Below are positions 1-9,460 of a stretch of 42,015 nt of DNA, in pieces. The first letter of the stretch is position 1. Each line of letters opens with the position of its first letter. The notes below the pieces were generated by a model. That model saw only the letters and a program-made list of their open reading frames with translations. It did no database searches and was not told where the DNA came from. The position numbers and the translations under genes are program-made. The DNA lies in IMG/VR virus record IMGVR_UViG_3300049144_000094, positions 1-42,015 of that record; one strand, 5' to 3'. Origin of the DNA: a virus. Taxonomy: Duplodnaviria; Caudoviricetes.

Positions 1-2
1 CG

Positions 3-272
3 CCACGGCAGCCACCCCAACAGCAGTACGCGCCCGACGGCTACATCCCGCCCGGCCCGCCGCACCAGCAAGCCGGTCAGCCCGTCTACATCCAGCAGCC
101 GGCCCAGTTCCCCCAGCAGGCCATCACCAAGTCCCGGCGCCCGTTCAACCACTCCAAGCACATCATGTGGACCGTCATCACCGGCGGCCTGTGGGGCTTC
201 GGCTACCTCTGGCTCTGGGCCTGGAATAAGTACGGCCCCGAAAAGGCCTTGTCCGTCACCAAGTACCAATAG
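3..272 (+). CDS. 5'-truncated Pro/Gln-rich membrane protein
   Basis: Open frame from the window edge to TAG at 270-272: PRQPPQQQY...FNHSKHIMWTVITGGLWGFGYLWLWAWNKYG. It has one hydrophobic segment and is absent from the ORF track because the start is missing. Confidence 0.7.
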   Translation, partial: PRQPPQQQYAPDGYIPPGPPHQQAGQPVYIQQPAQFPQQAITKSRRPFNHSKHIMWTVITGGLWGFGYLWLWAWNKYGPEKALSVTKYQ

Positions 273-431
273 CACCCCCCGATTTCCGGCGCTGATCCCC
301 CCACAGCGCCGGACCGAACGGCCCCGCGCGACCACCGTCCACCGCGGGGCCGTTTGCCGTCCCGCCTCTCCCCGAACGCTCCACCGCTGTCGTACATTCG
401 GCGCAAGATCAGCCGACCGCCGGGGGTGCAC

Positions 432-629
432 GTGAACCCGATCATCATCTACCGCGACGGCGGCCGCGCCCCCCTCATCGACCGGCAAACCCTCGCCCTC
501 ATCACCGGCCGGTCCGTGAACACCATCCGGGCCCGCTGCGAAGTCGCCGAACACCGCGACGGCCGCGCCCTCTACGACCTCGACCAGGCCGAAGCCGTCC
601 TCAACGCCACCCCGACACGCCGCCGCTGA
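432..629 (+). CDS. small putative HTH DNA-binding protein
   Basis: GTG after a G-rich RBS; LIDRQTLALITGRSVNTIRARC...ALYDL resembles a MerR/Xis-like winged HTH. Confidence 0.55.
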   Translation: MNPIIIYRDGGRAPLIDRQTLALITGRSVNTIRARCEVAEHRDGRALYDLDQAEAVLNATPTRRR

Positions 630-708
630 CTCCCTGTAGCCGCCAGCCGGATCGCGCTATATCATGCGATCTTGGGGCGGAGCTCTGCCCGACCAGCCGG
701 AGGCGCCG

Positions 709-870
709 ATGACCACACCGACGAAGCCACCGGCGCCGCTCGAATGGCACCCCGCCTACCGCGACCGCACGTGGCTCCTCGACTGGGTCGAAGGCCGCAC
801 CGACCACGGCTACTACCTCAACTGGAGCACCGTCCGCTCGCGCAACGGCCACGAACCCGTCGGCCCGTAG
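709..870 (+). CDS. hypothetical protein (53 aa)
   Basis: GGAGG RBS before ATG709; high-GC3 codon usage. Confidence 0.6.
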   Translation: MTTPTKPPAPLEWHPAYRDRTWLLDWVEGRTDHGYYLNWSTVRSRNGHEPVGP

Positions 871-889
871 CTGACCACGCGGGGGTGAG

Positions 890-1318
890 ATGCCCCGCCG
901 CTTCCAGATCTTCGCCGACCGCATCGGGCCACGCCGCTGGTGCTGGGTCGTCATCCACCCCACCCTCGGCCACTTCCACGCCGCCGCCGCCCGGACCGCG
1001 CCGCACCACGACCGCGACTGGTGGAACGGCTGCCTAGGCTGCTTCCAGCCCGTCGCCTACCGCGAACGCGAGATCGACAGCACCTGGATCGGGCGCTGGC
1101 CGGCCAACGGCTACGCCGGCGTCGTCCGCCTCATCAACGGCCACGTCACCGCCGAGATCGTCGCCCACGAACTCGTCCACGCCACCGCGCAGATCTACCG
1201 CATGAACGCCCGCGGCGACATCCGACTCGGCGACTCCTGCGGGCCCCGCGAAGAGGACTTCGCCTACATCTACGGCCAGCTCTACGCCAGCCTCGAACCC
1301 CAACTCCGGGAGGCATAA
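890..1318 (+). CDS. HExxH zinc-metallopeptidase-like protein
   Basis: IVAHELVHAT motif followed by EEDFAY (possible third Zn ligand). Confidence 0.65.
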   Translation: MPRRFQIFADRIGPRRWCWVVIHPTLGHFHAAAARTAPHHDRDWWNGCLGCFQPVAYREREIDSTWIGRWPANGYAGVVRLINGHVTAEIVAHELVHATAQIYRMNARGDIRLGDSCGPREEDFAYIYGQLYASLEPQLREA

Positions 1319-1321
1319 ACG

Positions 1322-1567
1322 ATGGAAGCGATCACACTCGTCAAGGCGCTCGCGCCCCACGGCCCCGCCGATGTCTTGCGCGAACTGCGCTACCACTACG
1401 TCACGCGGCGCATCCAGCTGGCCCGCCCCTGGCTCGCTCGCCGCCTGCCGCGGTGGCTCATCCAGGACGCCGTGATCCGCGCCGGCGTGACCTCGATCCG
1501 CGACGACGAGGTCGTTCCCGACGCGCTGTTCATGACGGTGCTGGAGCGCTGGAGCAAGGCATCGTGA
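1322..1567 (+). CDS. hypothetical protein
   Basis: GGAGG RBS; tightly packed with neighbours. Confidence 0.65.
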   Translation: MEAITLVKALAPHGPADVLRELRYHYVTRRIQLARPWLARRLPRWLIQDAVIRAGVTSIRDDEVVPDALFMTVLERWSKAS

Positions 1568-1677
1568 GCGGCACCAAGCCGAACTCCGGCACCCCGAAAG
1601 ACAGCCGCCTCAAGGGCCGCGGCGCCAAGCCCGGCCCCAAGAAGGGCAGCCACAACACCCCGAAGAAGAACTCGTGA
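1564..1677 (+). CDS. 37-aa Lys-rich basic peptide
   Basis: GTGA overlaps with both neighbours; MSGTKPNSGTPKDSRLKGRGAKPGPKKGSHNTPKKNS. Confidence 0.55.
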   Translation: MSGTKPNSGTPKDSRLKGRGAKPGPKKGSHNTPKKNS

Positions 1678-1904
1678 CCAGCAACCACTCGCCCCGCAGC
1701 GCCTCCCTGCTGCTGTCCGGTGCCCTCGCCCACCTCGACGTCATCCAGCCCGCCGAACTCCGCGGCCCCGTCCGCGACATCCTCCGCGCCGGCATCGAGC
1801 TCTGCGTCGGCTCCCGGTCGCTGCTCGGCAAGCCGATCCAGCACACCATCGAGCTCGCCCAGGCCGTGATGAACGCCGCCGAGCCCCGAGACGGCGCCGA
1901 GTGA
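1674..1904 (+). CDS. hypothetical protein
   Basis: GTGA coupling; codon usage. Confidence 0.6.
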   Translation: MTSNHSPRSASLLLSGALAHLDVIQPAELRGPVRDILRAGIELCVGSRSLLGKPIQHTIELAQAVMNAAEPRDGAE

Positions 1905-1948
1905 CACAGCGTCACGCCATGTAATTCCATGTAATTCCGAGGGGCAGC

Positions 1949-2206
1949 ATGAGGCACACCGAGATCACCATCACCTTCGGCGCCCCGGACACACCCGAGC
2001 CCACGCGCTGGTCCATGGCTCGCCTGATCCTCGCCAGCGTCTTCGCCCTCGCCAGCCTCGCCGTGCTGTGCACCCCACCCGCCAAGGCCGAGTACGTCGG
2101 TCGCTGGTTCCTCAGCCTCGGCATCACCCTCGGCAGCACGCTCGCGCTCATCGCCTTCGACGCTTGGCGTGCACGACGTCGACGTGCTGGGCATCGCTGG
2201 TTCTGA
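1949..2206 (+). CDS. two-TM membrane protein
   Basis: Two hydrophobic stretches and an Arg-rich C-terminus; GAGGGG RBS. Confidence 0.6.
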   Translation: MRHTEITITFGAPDTPEPTRWSMARLILASVFALASLAVLCTPPAKAEYVGRWFLSLGITLGSTLALIAFDAWRARRRRAGHRWF

Positions 2207-2496
2207 TGCCTGGCCAGTGGCAAGGCTCGACACGGGCAGCACGCTTGCCCTCGAACTGGGCCGACGAGATCGTGCCCTACATCCTCGACCGCGACCAACG
2301 CATCTGCCACGTCTGCGGGCAACCCGGAGCGACGCAGGTCGACCACATCGAGGCCGGCGACGACCACCGGCCCGAGAACCTCGGCGCCATCCACGACGAG
2401 CCTTGCCACCGGCGGAAGTCGTCCGCCGAAGGCAACGCGGCACGGTGGAAGTTCACCGAGAAGCGGCCCAAGCAGACACACCCAGGCTTGACCTGA
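2206..2496 (+). CDS. HNH endonuclease (terminase-associated)
   Basis: RDQRICHVCG...VDHI...NL...CHRRKS; TGATG overlap; immediately upstream of terS. Confidence 0.9.
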   Translation: MPGQWQGSTRAARLPSNWADEIVPYILDRDQRICHVCGQPGATQVDHIEAGDDHRPENLGAIHDEPCHRRKSSAEGNAARWKFTEKRPKQTHPGLT

Positions 2497-2648
2497 TCGT
2501 GACTGGCAACCCTTGACGCACAGGGGGTGGGCACCCACTCCCCCAGCGGCGGTCACACCCCTCCCGGGAGGTGCTGGTCGGCTCGGTGCGCGTGACTCTG
2601 GGGACTTTGTTGATCTTGACGTTCGAGGACCTCGGGAGGTGAGCGCTA
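2497..2648. other. probable cos/packaging region
   Basis: Non-coding gap between HNH and terS; the + strand switches from C-rich to G-rich here; the HNH-cos-terS order is typical of cos phages. Confidence 0.5.
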
Positions 2649-3098
2649 GTGGCTGGTCGTGGGTTCGCGCCGAAGGCGGAGCGCTCGCGTCAGCGGGATT
2701 CGAGGCGGCGCGCGGCGGAGCAGACGCACGTCACGAACGACAAGCGGCTCCGCGGCCCGGCGCTCCCCAGCTCGGGCGCGGTGGACGAGTGGCACGAGCG
2801 GACGCTGGCGTGGTGGGAGGCGTGGCGGCGTTCTCCGCAGGCGCAGGTCATGGTGACGACCGACTGGGAGTTCCTGCTCGACACGGCGCTGCTGCACCAC
2901 ACGATGTGGACGGACGGCAAGACCGAGCTCGCGGCGGAGCTGCGGCTGCGGGTCGCGAAGTTCGGTGCGACGCTCGAGGACCGACTGCGGCTGAAGCTGA
3001 CCATCGACGAGCCGGAGAAGCCCGCCCCGAAGGCGAGCTCCGCGGCGGGGTCGAAGGTGACGTCGATCGAGGATCGGCGTAATCGCCTGACGAGCTGA
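2649..3098 (+). CDS. terS: terminase small subunit
   Basis: MAGRGFAPK...WWEAWRRSPQA...DWEFLLDTA...ELRLRVAKFGATLEDRLRL, the actinophage TerS pattern; position before terL. Confidence 0.85.
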   Translation: MAGRGFAPKAERSRQRDSRRRAAEQTHVTNDKRLRGPALPSSGAVDEWHERTLAWWEAWRRSPQAQVMVTTDWEFLLDTALLHHTMWTDGKTELAAELRLRVAKFGATLEDRLRLKLTIDEPEKPAPKASSAAGSKVTSIEDRRNRLTS

Positions 3099-3100
3099 CC

Positions 3101-4786
3101 ATGCCGCGCACGCTGGTGCGGGCGCCGGTCCACGACCGGAAGCGGTCGCTGGGCTGGCTGGCAACCGCGTGGATGGAGTTTTTCGTCGTCCACGGCCCGG
3201 GCGACGTTCAGGGCCAGCCAATCGTTCACGGCGACGAGTACACCGGCTTCATCGTCGACGCCTACGGGCTCGGTGAGCGTGGACGGCGGCTGTACGACTC
3301 GGCGTTCCTGTCGCGGCCGAAGGGCTGCAACAAGTCCGGGCTGGGTGCCGAGTTCGCGTTGTTCGAGGCGTTGGGGCCGTGCCGCTTCGACGGGTTCGCC
3401 GAGGGCGGCGAGGTCTACGAGGACCCGTGGGGGCTCGGGTTCGAGTACACCTACGCGCCGGGCGAGCCGATGGGCCGGCACGTGCAGACGCCGTTCATCC
3501 GGGTGATGGCCACCGAGGAAGACCAGGCCGGGAACGTCTACGACACGATCTACCTGAACCTGACGGACGACGACGCGTTGCTGTCGCACGTGCCGGGGCT
3601 GAGCGCGTTCGAGGCGCGGGTGCTGCTGCCGGGCGGCGGGGAGATCGTGCCGTCGACGACCGCGTCGGCGTCGAAGGACGGCGGCAAAGAGACCTTCGTG
3701 GTTTTCGACGAGACGCACCTGTACACCACTTCGAAGCTGAAGTTGATGTACAACACGGTCACCCGGAACCTGCGGAAGCGGAAGAAGATCGCCGAGACGT
3801 GGTTCTTGGAGACCACGACGATGTTCGCGCAGGGCGAGCAGTCGGTGGCCGAGGAGACCTACGACTACGCGGCGAAGCTCGAGGAGCGCAACACCGACGG
3901 GTCGCCGAAGTACAAGCGGCTGCGGAACCGGCTGCTGTACGACCACCGGTGGGGCGAGTGCGAGGACCTGTCGCGCGAGGACCAGCTGCGCGCGGCGATC
4001 CTCGAGGCGTTCGGCGAGGCGATCGAGTGGAACGACATCGAGGGCATCCTCGACGAGTTCTACGACCCGCGGAAGGACCCCGACGATTCCCGCCGGTACT
4101 TCCTGAACGCGCGGACGTCGGCGGCGAACGCGTGGATGGACGCGGCGGCGTGGGGCGCCCGGGCTGACGCCTCGGTGGTCGTGGCCGCGGGCGAGCGGGT
4201 GACGCTCGGGTTTGACGGCTCGAGGAACGACGACTCGACGGCGCTCGTGGGCTGCCGGGTCAGCGACGGGCACCTTTTCTTGCTCGGGTGCTGGCAGAAG
4301 CCGCCGGGGCCGGAGGGCAAGGACTGGCAGGTCGACCGGATGGCGGTGAAGGCCGCGGTCGCGGAGGCGATGGAGTCCTATGAGGTGGTCGGGTTCTACT
4401 GCGACCCGGCACACTGGCAGGACACGATCGACACCTGGACAACGGCGTACGGCGCACGGATGCGAGTGAAGGCGACGAAGCCGAATCCGTTGGAGTGGTG
4501 GACGAACCGGCCGACGGCGATCGTCGCGGCGTTGAAGCGGCTCCATGACGCGGTCATGGCGGCCGAGGTCACACACGATGGCAGCAAGGTGTTGACACAG
4601 CATGTGCTGAACGCGCGCCGGAAGACCGACGGCCGGGCGGGGATCGAGATCCGCAAGGAGTACCCGAAGTCGCCGCGGAAGATCGACGCGGCGATGGCGG
4701 CGACGTTGGCGTACGAGTGCCGCGGGGACGCGGTGAAGCTCGGGTTGGCGAAGCCGCGGCGGAAGCGGACCGCGCAGGGGTTCTGA
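3101..4786 (+). CDS. terL: terminase large subunit
   Basis: SRPKGCNKS Walker A-like, VVFDETH Walker B, LGFDGSRNDDSTAL nuclease motif, KIDAAMA C-terminus. Confidence 0.95.
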   Translation: MPRTLVRAPVHDRKRSLGWLATAWMEFFVVHGPGDVQGQPIVHGDEYTGFIVDAYGLGERGRRLYDSAFLSRPKGCNKSGLGAEFALFEALGPCRFDGFAEGGEVYEDPWGLGFEYTYAPGEPMGRHVQTPFIRVMATEEDQAGNVYDTIYLNLTDDDALLSHVPGLSAFEARVLLPGGGEIVPSTTASASKDGGKETFVVFDETHLYTTSKLKLMYNTVTRNLRKRKKIAETWFLETTTMFAQGEQSVAEETYDYAAKLEERNTDGSPKYKRLRNRLLYDHRWGECEDLSREDQLRAAILEAFGEAIEWNDIEGILDEFYDPRKDPDDSRRYFLNARTSAANAWMDAAAWGARADASVVVAAGERVTLGFDGSRNDDSTALVGCRVSDGHLFLLGCWQKPPGPEGKDWQVDRMAVKAAVAEAMESYEVVGFYCDPAHWQDTIDTWTTAYGARMRVKATKPNPLEWWTNRPTAIVAALKRLHDAVMAAEVTHDGSKVLTQHVLNARRKTDGRAGIEIRKEYPKSPRKIDAAMAATLAYECRGDAVKLGLAKPRRKRTAQGF

Positions 4787-4793
4787 GCACCAG

Positions 4794-5009
4794 TCAGCCA
4801 GTGTGGTCCTGGGCGAGCGGATCCCGGGCGCTGGATCGGAAGTCGACGTTGACCGGCAGCGAGACGACGACGCCGTGGAACCTCTCGGCAAGCTCGCGAG
4901 CGACCTCGAAGTTGTCGTAGAACCCGGCGACGTGCCGACCGAGCACCAGCGGGCCGAAGGTGGACTGCTCGTCGACGAGCACCAGGTGGATCTCGTTCGG
5001 TTCGGTCAT
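4794..5009 (-). CDS. 71-aa hypothetical protein, antisense insertion between terL and portal
   Basis: MTEPNEIHLVLVDEQSTFGPLVLGRHVAGFYDNFEVARELAERFHGVVVSLPVNVDFR...; fills the terL-portal gap; CAGAAT lies 6 nt before the ATG. Confidence 0.65.
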   Translation of the reverse strand: MTEPNEIHLVLVDEQSTFGPLVLGRHVAGFYDNFEVARELAERFHGVVVSLPVNVDFRSSARDPLAQDHTG

Positions 5010-5045
5010 GCCGCCATTCTGCCTGCTGATCGGAGGTGCGTGCCC

Positions 5046-6533
5046 GTGGCCGAGGCCTCCGACCTGGAGCCGTACGAGTGGCTGGGCTTGCTGGGCCGGA
5101 AGCTGAAGGACCGGCGGCCGCAGGTCGACTACTGGCGCCGCTACTACGAGGGCGACCAGGACCTGCCAGCCGGGCCGTCGCAACACAAGGAGGCGTACCG
5201 GCGGTTCCAGACGAAGGCCCGCACGAACCTGTGCCTGCTGTGCGCGGAAAGCCGGGTCCACCGAACGAAGATCATCGGGTTCCGAGATCCGTTGTGGACG
5301 GAACGCGGCCTGGACCCGGTGTGGCAACTGTGGCAGAAGCTGAAGCTCGACGCCCGCCAGTACGGGCTTTGGCGCAAAACGTACTCGCGGTCGACGTCCT
5401 ACGCCATCCTCGGCGTCGACCCGCGAAACCCGTCGATGCCGCGGGTGACGATCGAGGGCCCGGAGACGGTGATCGTCGAGACGGATCCTGGCGACCGGTC
5501 GCAGGTGCTGGCGGCGCTGCGGCTGTGGCACCACCCAATCGCGCGCCGCTGGTACGCGACGCTTTATCTGCCGGCGGCGCCCGGCGAGAAGAACGGCAAG
5601 CGGTACCGCTGGCAGTCGAAGAACCCGACCCGCTCGGGTGTGTCGACGGCGTTGTCGTTCAAGCCGGGCGCGTGGGAGGCGCGCGATCCGGAGCCGGCTC
5701 GGTCGACGCCGTACGTGCCGGTGTACGAGTTCCCGAACGGGGACGAGGGTGAGGACCCGGTCGCGGCGTTTGACGTCGCGATGGACGTGCAGGATCGGCT
5801 GAACCTGACGGTGCTGAACCGGCTCACATCGGAGCGGTACGCGGCGTTCCGGCAGACCGGGCTGACGAACTACACGCCGGAGGAGGACCCGGCGACAGGC
5901 CTGCCGATGGCGCCGTTCAACCCGGGCGCCGACCACATCTGGACGGTGCCGCCGCCGGAAAACCCGAACGATCCGGAACCGCGGTTCTTCTCGCTGCCGC
6001 AGACGGACACGTCGGGGATCTTGCGTGGCTGCGAGGCGGACATGCGGGCGTTCGCGATGACCACCTTGACGCCGGTGTACTACCTGCCCGGCGACATGAT
6101 CAATATCGGTGCGGATGCTGTGCAGGCGCTCGACGCCGGCCACGTGCAGGACATCAAGCAGAAGCAGGCCCAATGGTCCGAGACGGGCGAGGCGCTGCTG
6201 CAGGGCATCGCCGACATTGCCGGCCTCGAGAGGAACCTGTCGCAGTCGGAGCTGGTTTGGGAGCGGCCGGAGAACTTCAACCCGGCGCAGGTCGCGGACT
6301 ACATCTCGAAGCAGGTCGGGGCTGGGATTCCGCTGCCGATGGTGGTCGAGGAGGTCGGCTGGTCGCCGCAGCGGGTCACGCAGCTGCGCACGGAGCTGGC
6401 GCAGCAGGCGATGCAGCAGGCGCTGCTGAATGACCAGGGCACTCCCCCGGCGCCCGGTGGGCGTAGCGGCGCGCCGGCAGGCCGGAACGGGCAGCCCGCG
6501 CGACCGCCCGCGGGTGACGCGGCGACGTCGTGA
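5046..6533 (+). CDS. portal protein (SPP1 gp6-like)
   Basis: GGAGG RBS at 5032; YWRRYYEG..L, N.C.L, VPVYEFPN, QDRLN motifs; position after terL. Confidence 0.92.
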   Translation: MAEASDLEPYEWLGLLGRKLKDRRPQVDYWRRYYEGDQDLPAGPSQHKEAYRRFQTKARTNLCLLCAESRVHRTKIIGFRDPLWTERGLDPVWQLWQKLKLDARQYGLWRKTYSRSTSYAILGVDPRNPSMPRVTIEGPETVIVETDPGDRSQVLAALRLWHHPIARRWYATLYLPAAPGEKNGKRYRWQSKNPTRSGVSTALSFKPGAWEARDPEPARSTPYVPVYEFPNGDEGEDPVAAFDVAMDVQDRLNLTVLNRLTSERYAAFRQTGLTNYTPEEDPATGLPMAPFNPGADHIWTVPPPENPNDPEPRFFSLPQTDTSGILRGCEADMRAFAMTTLTPVYYLPGDMINIGADAVQALDAGHVQDIKQKQAQWSETGEALLQGIADIAGLERNLSQSELVWERPENFNPAQVADYISKQVGAGIPLPMVVEEVGWSPQRVTQLRTELAQQAMQQALLNDQGTPPAPGGRSGAPAGRNGQPARPPAGDAATS

Positions 6534-7330
6534 CGCCTGAGCAGTTCACCGCGGCGCGGCGGCGGCTGTCGGGGATGCTCAGCCGGACCCTGGTGCGGCT
6601 GTTCACGCAGCCGCGGTCGTGGCGGGACACCGACCGGGACGTGTTCCTGCACCAGGCGGTGCCGCTGGTCGAGGGCGCGCAGCGGCAGCTCGGCGCGATG
6701 ACGGCGCTGTATGTCGCTCAGCAGGCGTCGGCCGCGGCCGGGCGCGCCCTCGCACCGGCGGGGATCCCGGACCGGGCCGCGGTGAACCTGCGGCGCGGGG
6801 TAAACACGGATGAGGTTTACGGGCGGCCGTTCGTCGAGATCTACACGGCGCTGTCGAAGGGCGAGCCGCTTACCGAGGCGGTCGAGCTCGGCCAAGTGCG
6901 GCTGCGCGAGATCACGGAACTGGACCTGCAGGCCACGTACGCGGCGGCGTCGCGGGAGGCGATGGAGCAGCTGCCGCCTGACGCGACGCCGCGGTTCTGG
7001 CGCCGGCAGTTGGTCGGGTCGAAGAACTGCGCGCTGTGTGTGCTCGCGTCGACGCAGCGGTACCACGTGGCGGCGCTGAACCCGATCCACGGGAACTGCG
7101 ACTGCCGTGTCGAGCCATTTTGGGGCACAGCTGATCCCGGCCAGGTCATCGATGAGGACCTGCTTGAGCGCGTGCACGGCGCGGTGCAGGACCTGATGGG
7201 CACGACGGACCGCGGTGGCAGGGAGCCGGATTACCGCAAGATCGTCCTGCAGATGACGCAGGAGCACGGCGAGCTCGGGCCGATGCTCGCGCGGCCGCTG
7301 GACCACTTCACTACCGAGGGCGACCTCTGA
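6530..7330 (+). CDS. capsid maturation protease / MuF-like minor head protein
   Basis: WRRQLVGSKNCALC...PIHGNCDCRVEP; lies between portal and scaffold. Confidence 0.75.
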   Translation: MTPEQFTAARRRLSGMLSRTLVRLFTQPRSWRDTDRDVFLHQAVPLVEGAQRQLGAMTALYVAQQASAAAGRALAPAGIPDRAAVNLRRGVNTDEVYGRPFVEIYTALSKGEPLTEAVELGQVRLREITELDLQATYAAASREAMEQLPPDATPRFWRRQLVGSKNCALCVLASTQRYHVAALNPIHGNCDCRVEPFWGTADPGQVIDEDLLERVHGAVQDLMGTTDRGGREPDYRKIVLQMTQEHGELGPMLARPLDHFTTEGDL

Positions 7331-7409
7331 GGACTTCCCCGCCGCTGGCGGGAAGGCGCTACGTCCGCGCTCAAGGACGGTCATGCCGACGGGCTTACGG
7401 AGCAACACG

Positions 7410-8027
7410 ATGACCGACACCACCACCTCGACCGGCGGCGACGCCGGCCAGGGCAAGAACAACGACGGCGCCGGCCAGCAGGGCGGCGACGGCAAGACCA
7501 TCACCTCGTCCGGAACCGGCTCGGGTTCGGACAGCGGCACGTCGAGCACGACGAGCCAGCAGGGGAAGTCCGAGCCGACGTTCACGCAGGCCGACGTCAA
7601 CCGTCTGATCGAAGACCGGCTCGCGCGGGAGCGGAAGAAGTACGCCGACTACGACGACCTCAAGTCGCAGGTGGACGCCTCGAAACCGCTCAGCGAACAG
7701 GTGTCGAAGCTGCAGAAGGACCTCGCTGCGCGCGACGCCAGGGACGTCGAGCGGAACGGGAAGCTCGCGATGTCGACCGTGCACGCGCTGCTCGCCGAGC
7801 AGGGCATCCGCAAGGACGACGTCAAGGACGTCCTGGAGCCGTTCGACCCGAAGACGTTGCTCAAGGACGGCGAGCCGGACGACGAGGCAATCGCGCGGTT
7901 CGCACGTGGGCTCGCGCGGGTGGCCGGCCGTGTCACCGCAGATCCCGACCAGGGCCAGAACGGCACCGGCAGCTCGCCGCAGACCATGGGCGACTTCATG
8001 CGCCAGATGGCGCGCAACCGCAGGTAA
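7410..8027 (+). CDS. capsid scaffolding protein
   Basis: Low-complexity N-terminus, FTQADVNRLIEDRLARERKKYADYDDLK coiled coil; precedes the capsid gene. Confidence 0.85.
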   Translation: MTDTTTSTGGDAGQGKNNDGAGQQGGDGKTITSSGTGSGSDSGTSSTTSQQGKSEPTFTQADVNRLIEDRLARERKKYADYDDLKSQVDASKPLSEQVSKLQKDLAARDARDVERNGKLAMSTVHALLAEQGIRKDDVKDVLEPFDPKTLLKDGEPDDEAIARFARGLARVAGRVTADPDQGQNGTGSSPQTMGDFMRQMARNRR

Positions 8028-8081
8028 CGACCCGCACAGCGGCACGGCCGGACCGCTGCGCTCACACCATGGAGGAAGACC

Positions 8082-9035
8082 GTGCCGTACAACAGTGCAA
8101 CCACGCGCGCCGACACTCAGGCCCTGATGCCCGAAGAGGTGTCGAAGTCCATGCTGGGCAAGCTGACCGAGGAGTCGGCGGCCCTGCAGATGTTTCGACG
8201 CATCCCCGTCGCCCGCAGCGCACTCCGGTTCCCCATCATCACGGCGCTCCCGACCGCGTACTGGGTCTCGGGCGACACGGGACTGAAGCAGACCACCAAG
8301 ATGGCGTGGGACAACAAGTTCCTGCAGATCGAGGAGATCGCGACGATCCTGCCCGTGCCGGAGAACGTCGCTGACGACATCGAAGGCGACATCTGGGACG
8401 AAGCCGAGCCGCTGATCCGCGAGGCGATCGGCCGCACGCTCGACACCGCCGTGTTCTTCGGGATCAACGCGCCCGCCAGCTTCCCGAAGAACATCCTGCA
8501 GGCCGCGACCGACGCCGGAAACGTCGTCACCGAGGGCACCGCGAACGCAGCCGCGGGCGGCTACCTCGGCGACGTCGACAACCTGATCGGCGCGGTCGAA
8601 GACGACGGGTTCGACGTCACCGGGTTCGTGGCCGCCCGCTCGGCGCGACGTAAGTTCCGGGCCGCGCGGGACACGCAGGGCCGCAAGACGGACCCGGGGC
8701 GGCTCGCCGCGGACCTGTCCACCCTCGACGGCGAGACGATCGCCTACCCGATGCGGGGCCTGTGGTCCACGACCGGCGGCGCCGGCACAAACGTGCGGCT
8801 GTTCGCGGGCCAGTGGGACCAGTTCGTCGTCGGCGTCCGGCAGGACATCACGATGAAGCTGCTCACCGAGTCGGTGATCCAGGACAACACCGGCGCGATC
8901 GTCTACAACCTGTCGCAGCAGGACATGATCGCCTACCGGCTGAAGTTCCGGGTCGGCTGGCAGGTCGCGAACACGATCAACAACGACAACCCCGACGGCG
9001 CGACCCGTTACCCGGTCGCCGCGATGAAGTACTGA
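8082..9035 (+). CDS. major capsid protein (HK97 fold)
   Basis: LMPEEVS...AYWVSG...EEIATILPVPE...VGVRQDI..K...NLSQQDMIAYR. Confidence 0.93.
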   Translation: MPYNSATTRADTQALMPEEVSKSMLGKLTEESAALQMFRRIPVARSALRFPIITALPTAYWVSGDTGLKQTTKMAWDNKFLQIEEIATILPVPENVADDIEGDIWDEAEPLIREAIGRTLDTAVFFGINAPASFPKNILQAATDAGNVVTEGTANAAAGGYLGDVDNLIGAVEDDGFDVTGFVAARSARRKFRAARDTQGRKTDPGRLAADLSTLDGETIAYPMRGLWSTTGGAGTNVRLFAGQWDQFVVGVRQDITMKLLTESVIQDNTGAIVYNLSQQDMIAYRLKFRVGWQVANTINNDNPDGATRYPVAAMKY

Positions 9036-9044
9036 GAGGCGATC

Positions 9045-9446
9045 ATGACTGCTCCGCTCCAGCGCGTCCACGAGCAGGACGTGCCCGCCGTCTCCACCGC
9101 CGGCAACGACGAGGACACCATCGTCACGCAGGCCCCGTACGCCGGGACGGTCACCGCGGTCGAGTACATCCCCGAGGCCACGATCACCGGTGCGGCGACG
9201 AACAACCGCACGGTGTCGCTGGTGAACAAGGGTCAGGACGGCTCCGGCAGCACGACGGTGGCGTCGCAGACGTTCGGCAACGGCGTCAACGCGACGGCGA
9301 ACAACGAGAACGCGGTCCCCTTGTCCGGGACGCCCGCGAACCTCGTCGTCGCGGCCGGCGACACGCTGCAGTGGCGGTCGGTGCACGTCGGCACCGGCAT
9401 CACCGACCCGGGCGGCCTCGTCCGAGTCACCATCTCGCGTTCCTGA
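9045..9446 (+). CDS. virion structural protein (possible capsid decoration)
   Basis: Beta-rich T/G/A/V composition; directly after the capsid gene. Confidence 0.55.
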   Translation: MTAPLQRVHEQDVPAVSTAGNDEDTIVTQAPYAGTVTAVEYIPEATITGAATNNRTVSLVNKGQDGSGSTTVASQTFGNGVNATANNENAVPLSGTPANLVVAAGDTLQWRSVHVGTGITDPGGLVRVTISRS

Positions 9447-9460
9447 AGGGACTGATCAGC

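Noticed and set aside
4803-5045. N-terminal extension of the portal in the ORF track
   Set aside because: A good RBS precedes GTG5046, and the extension is the reverse complement of the 71-aa minus-strand gene
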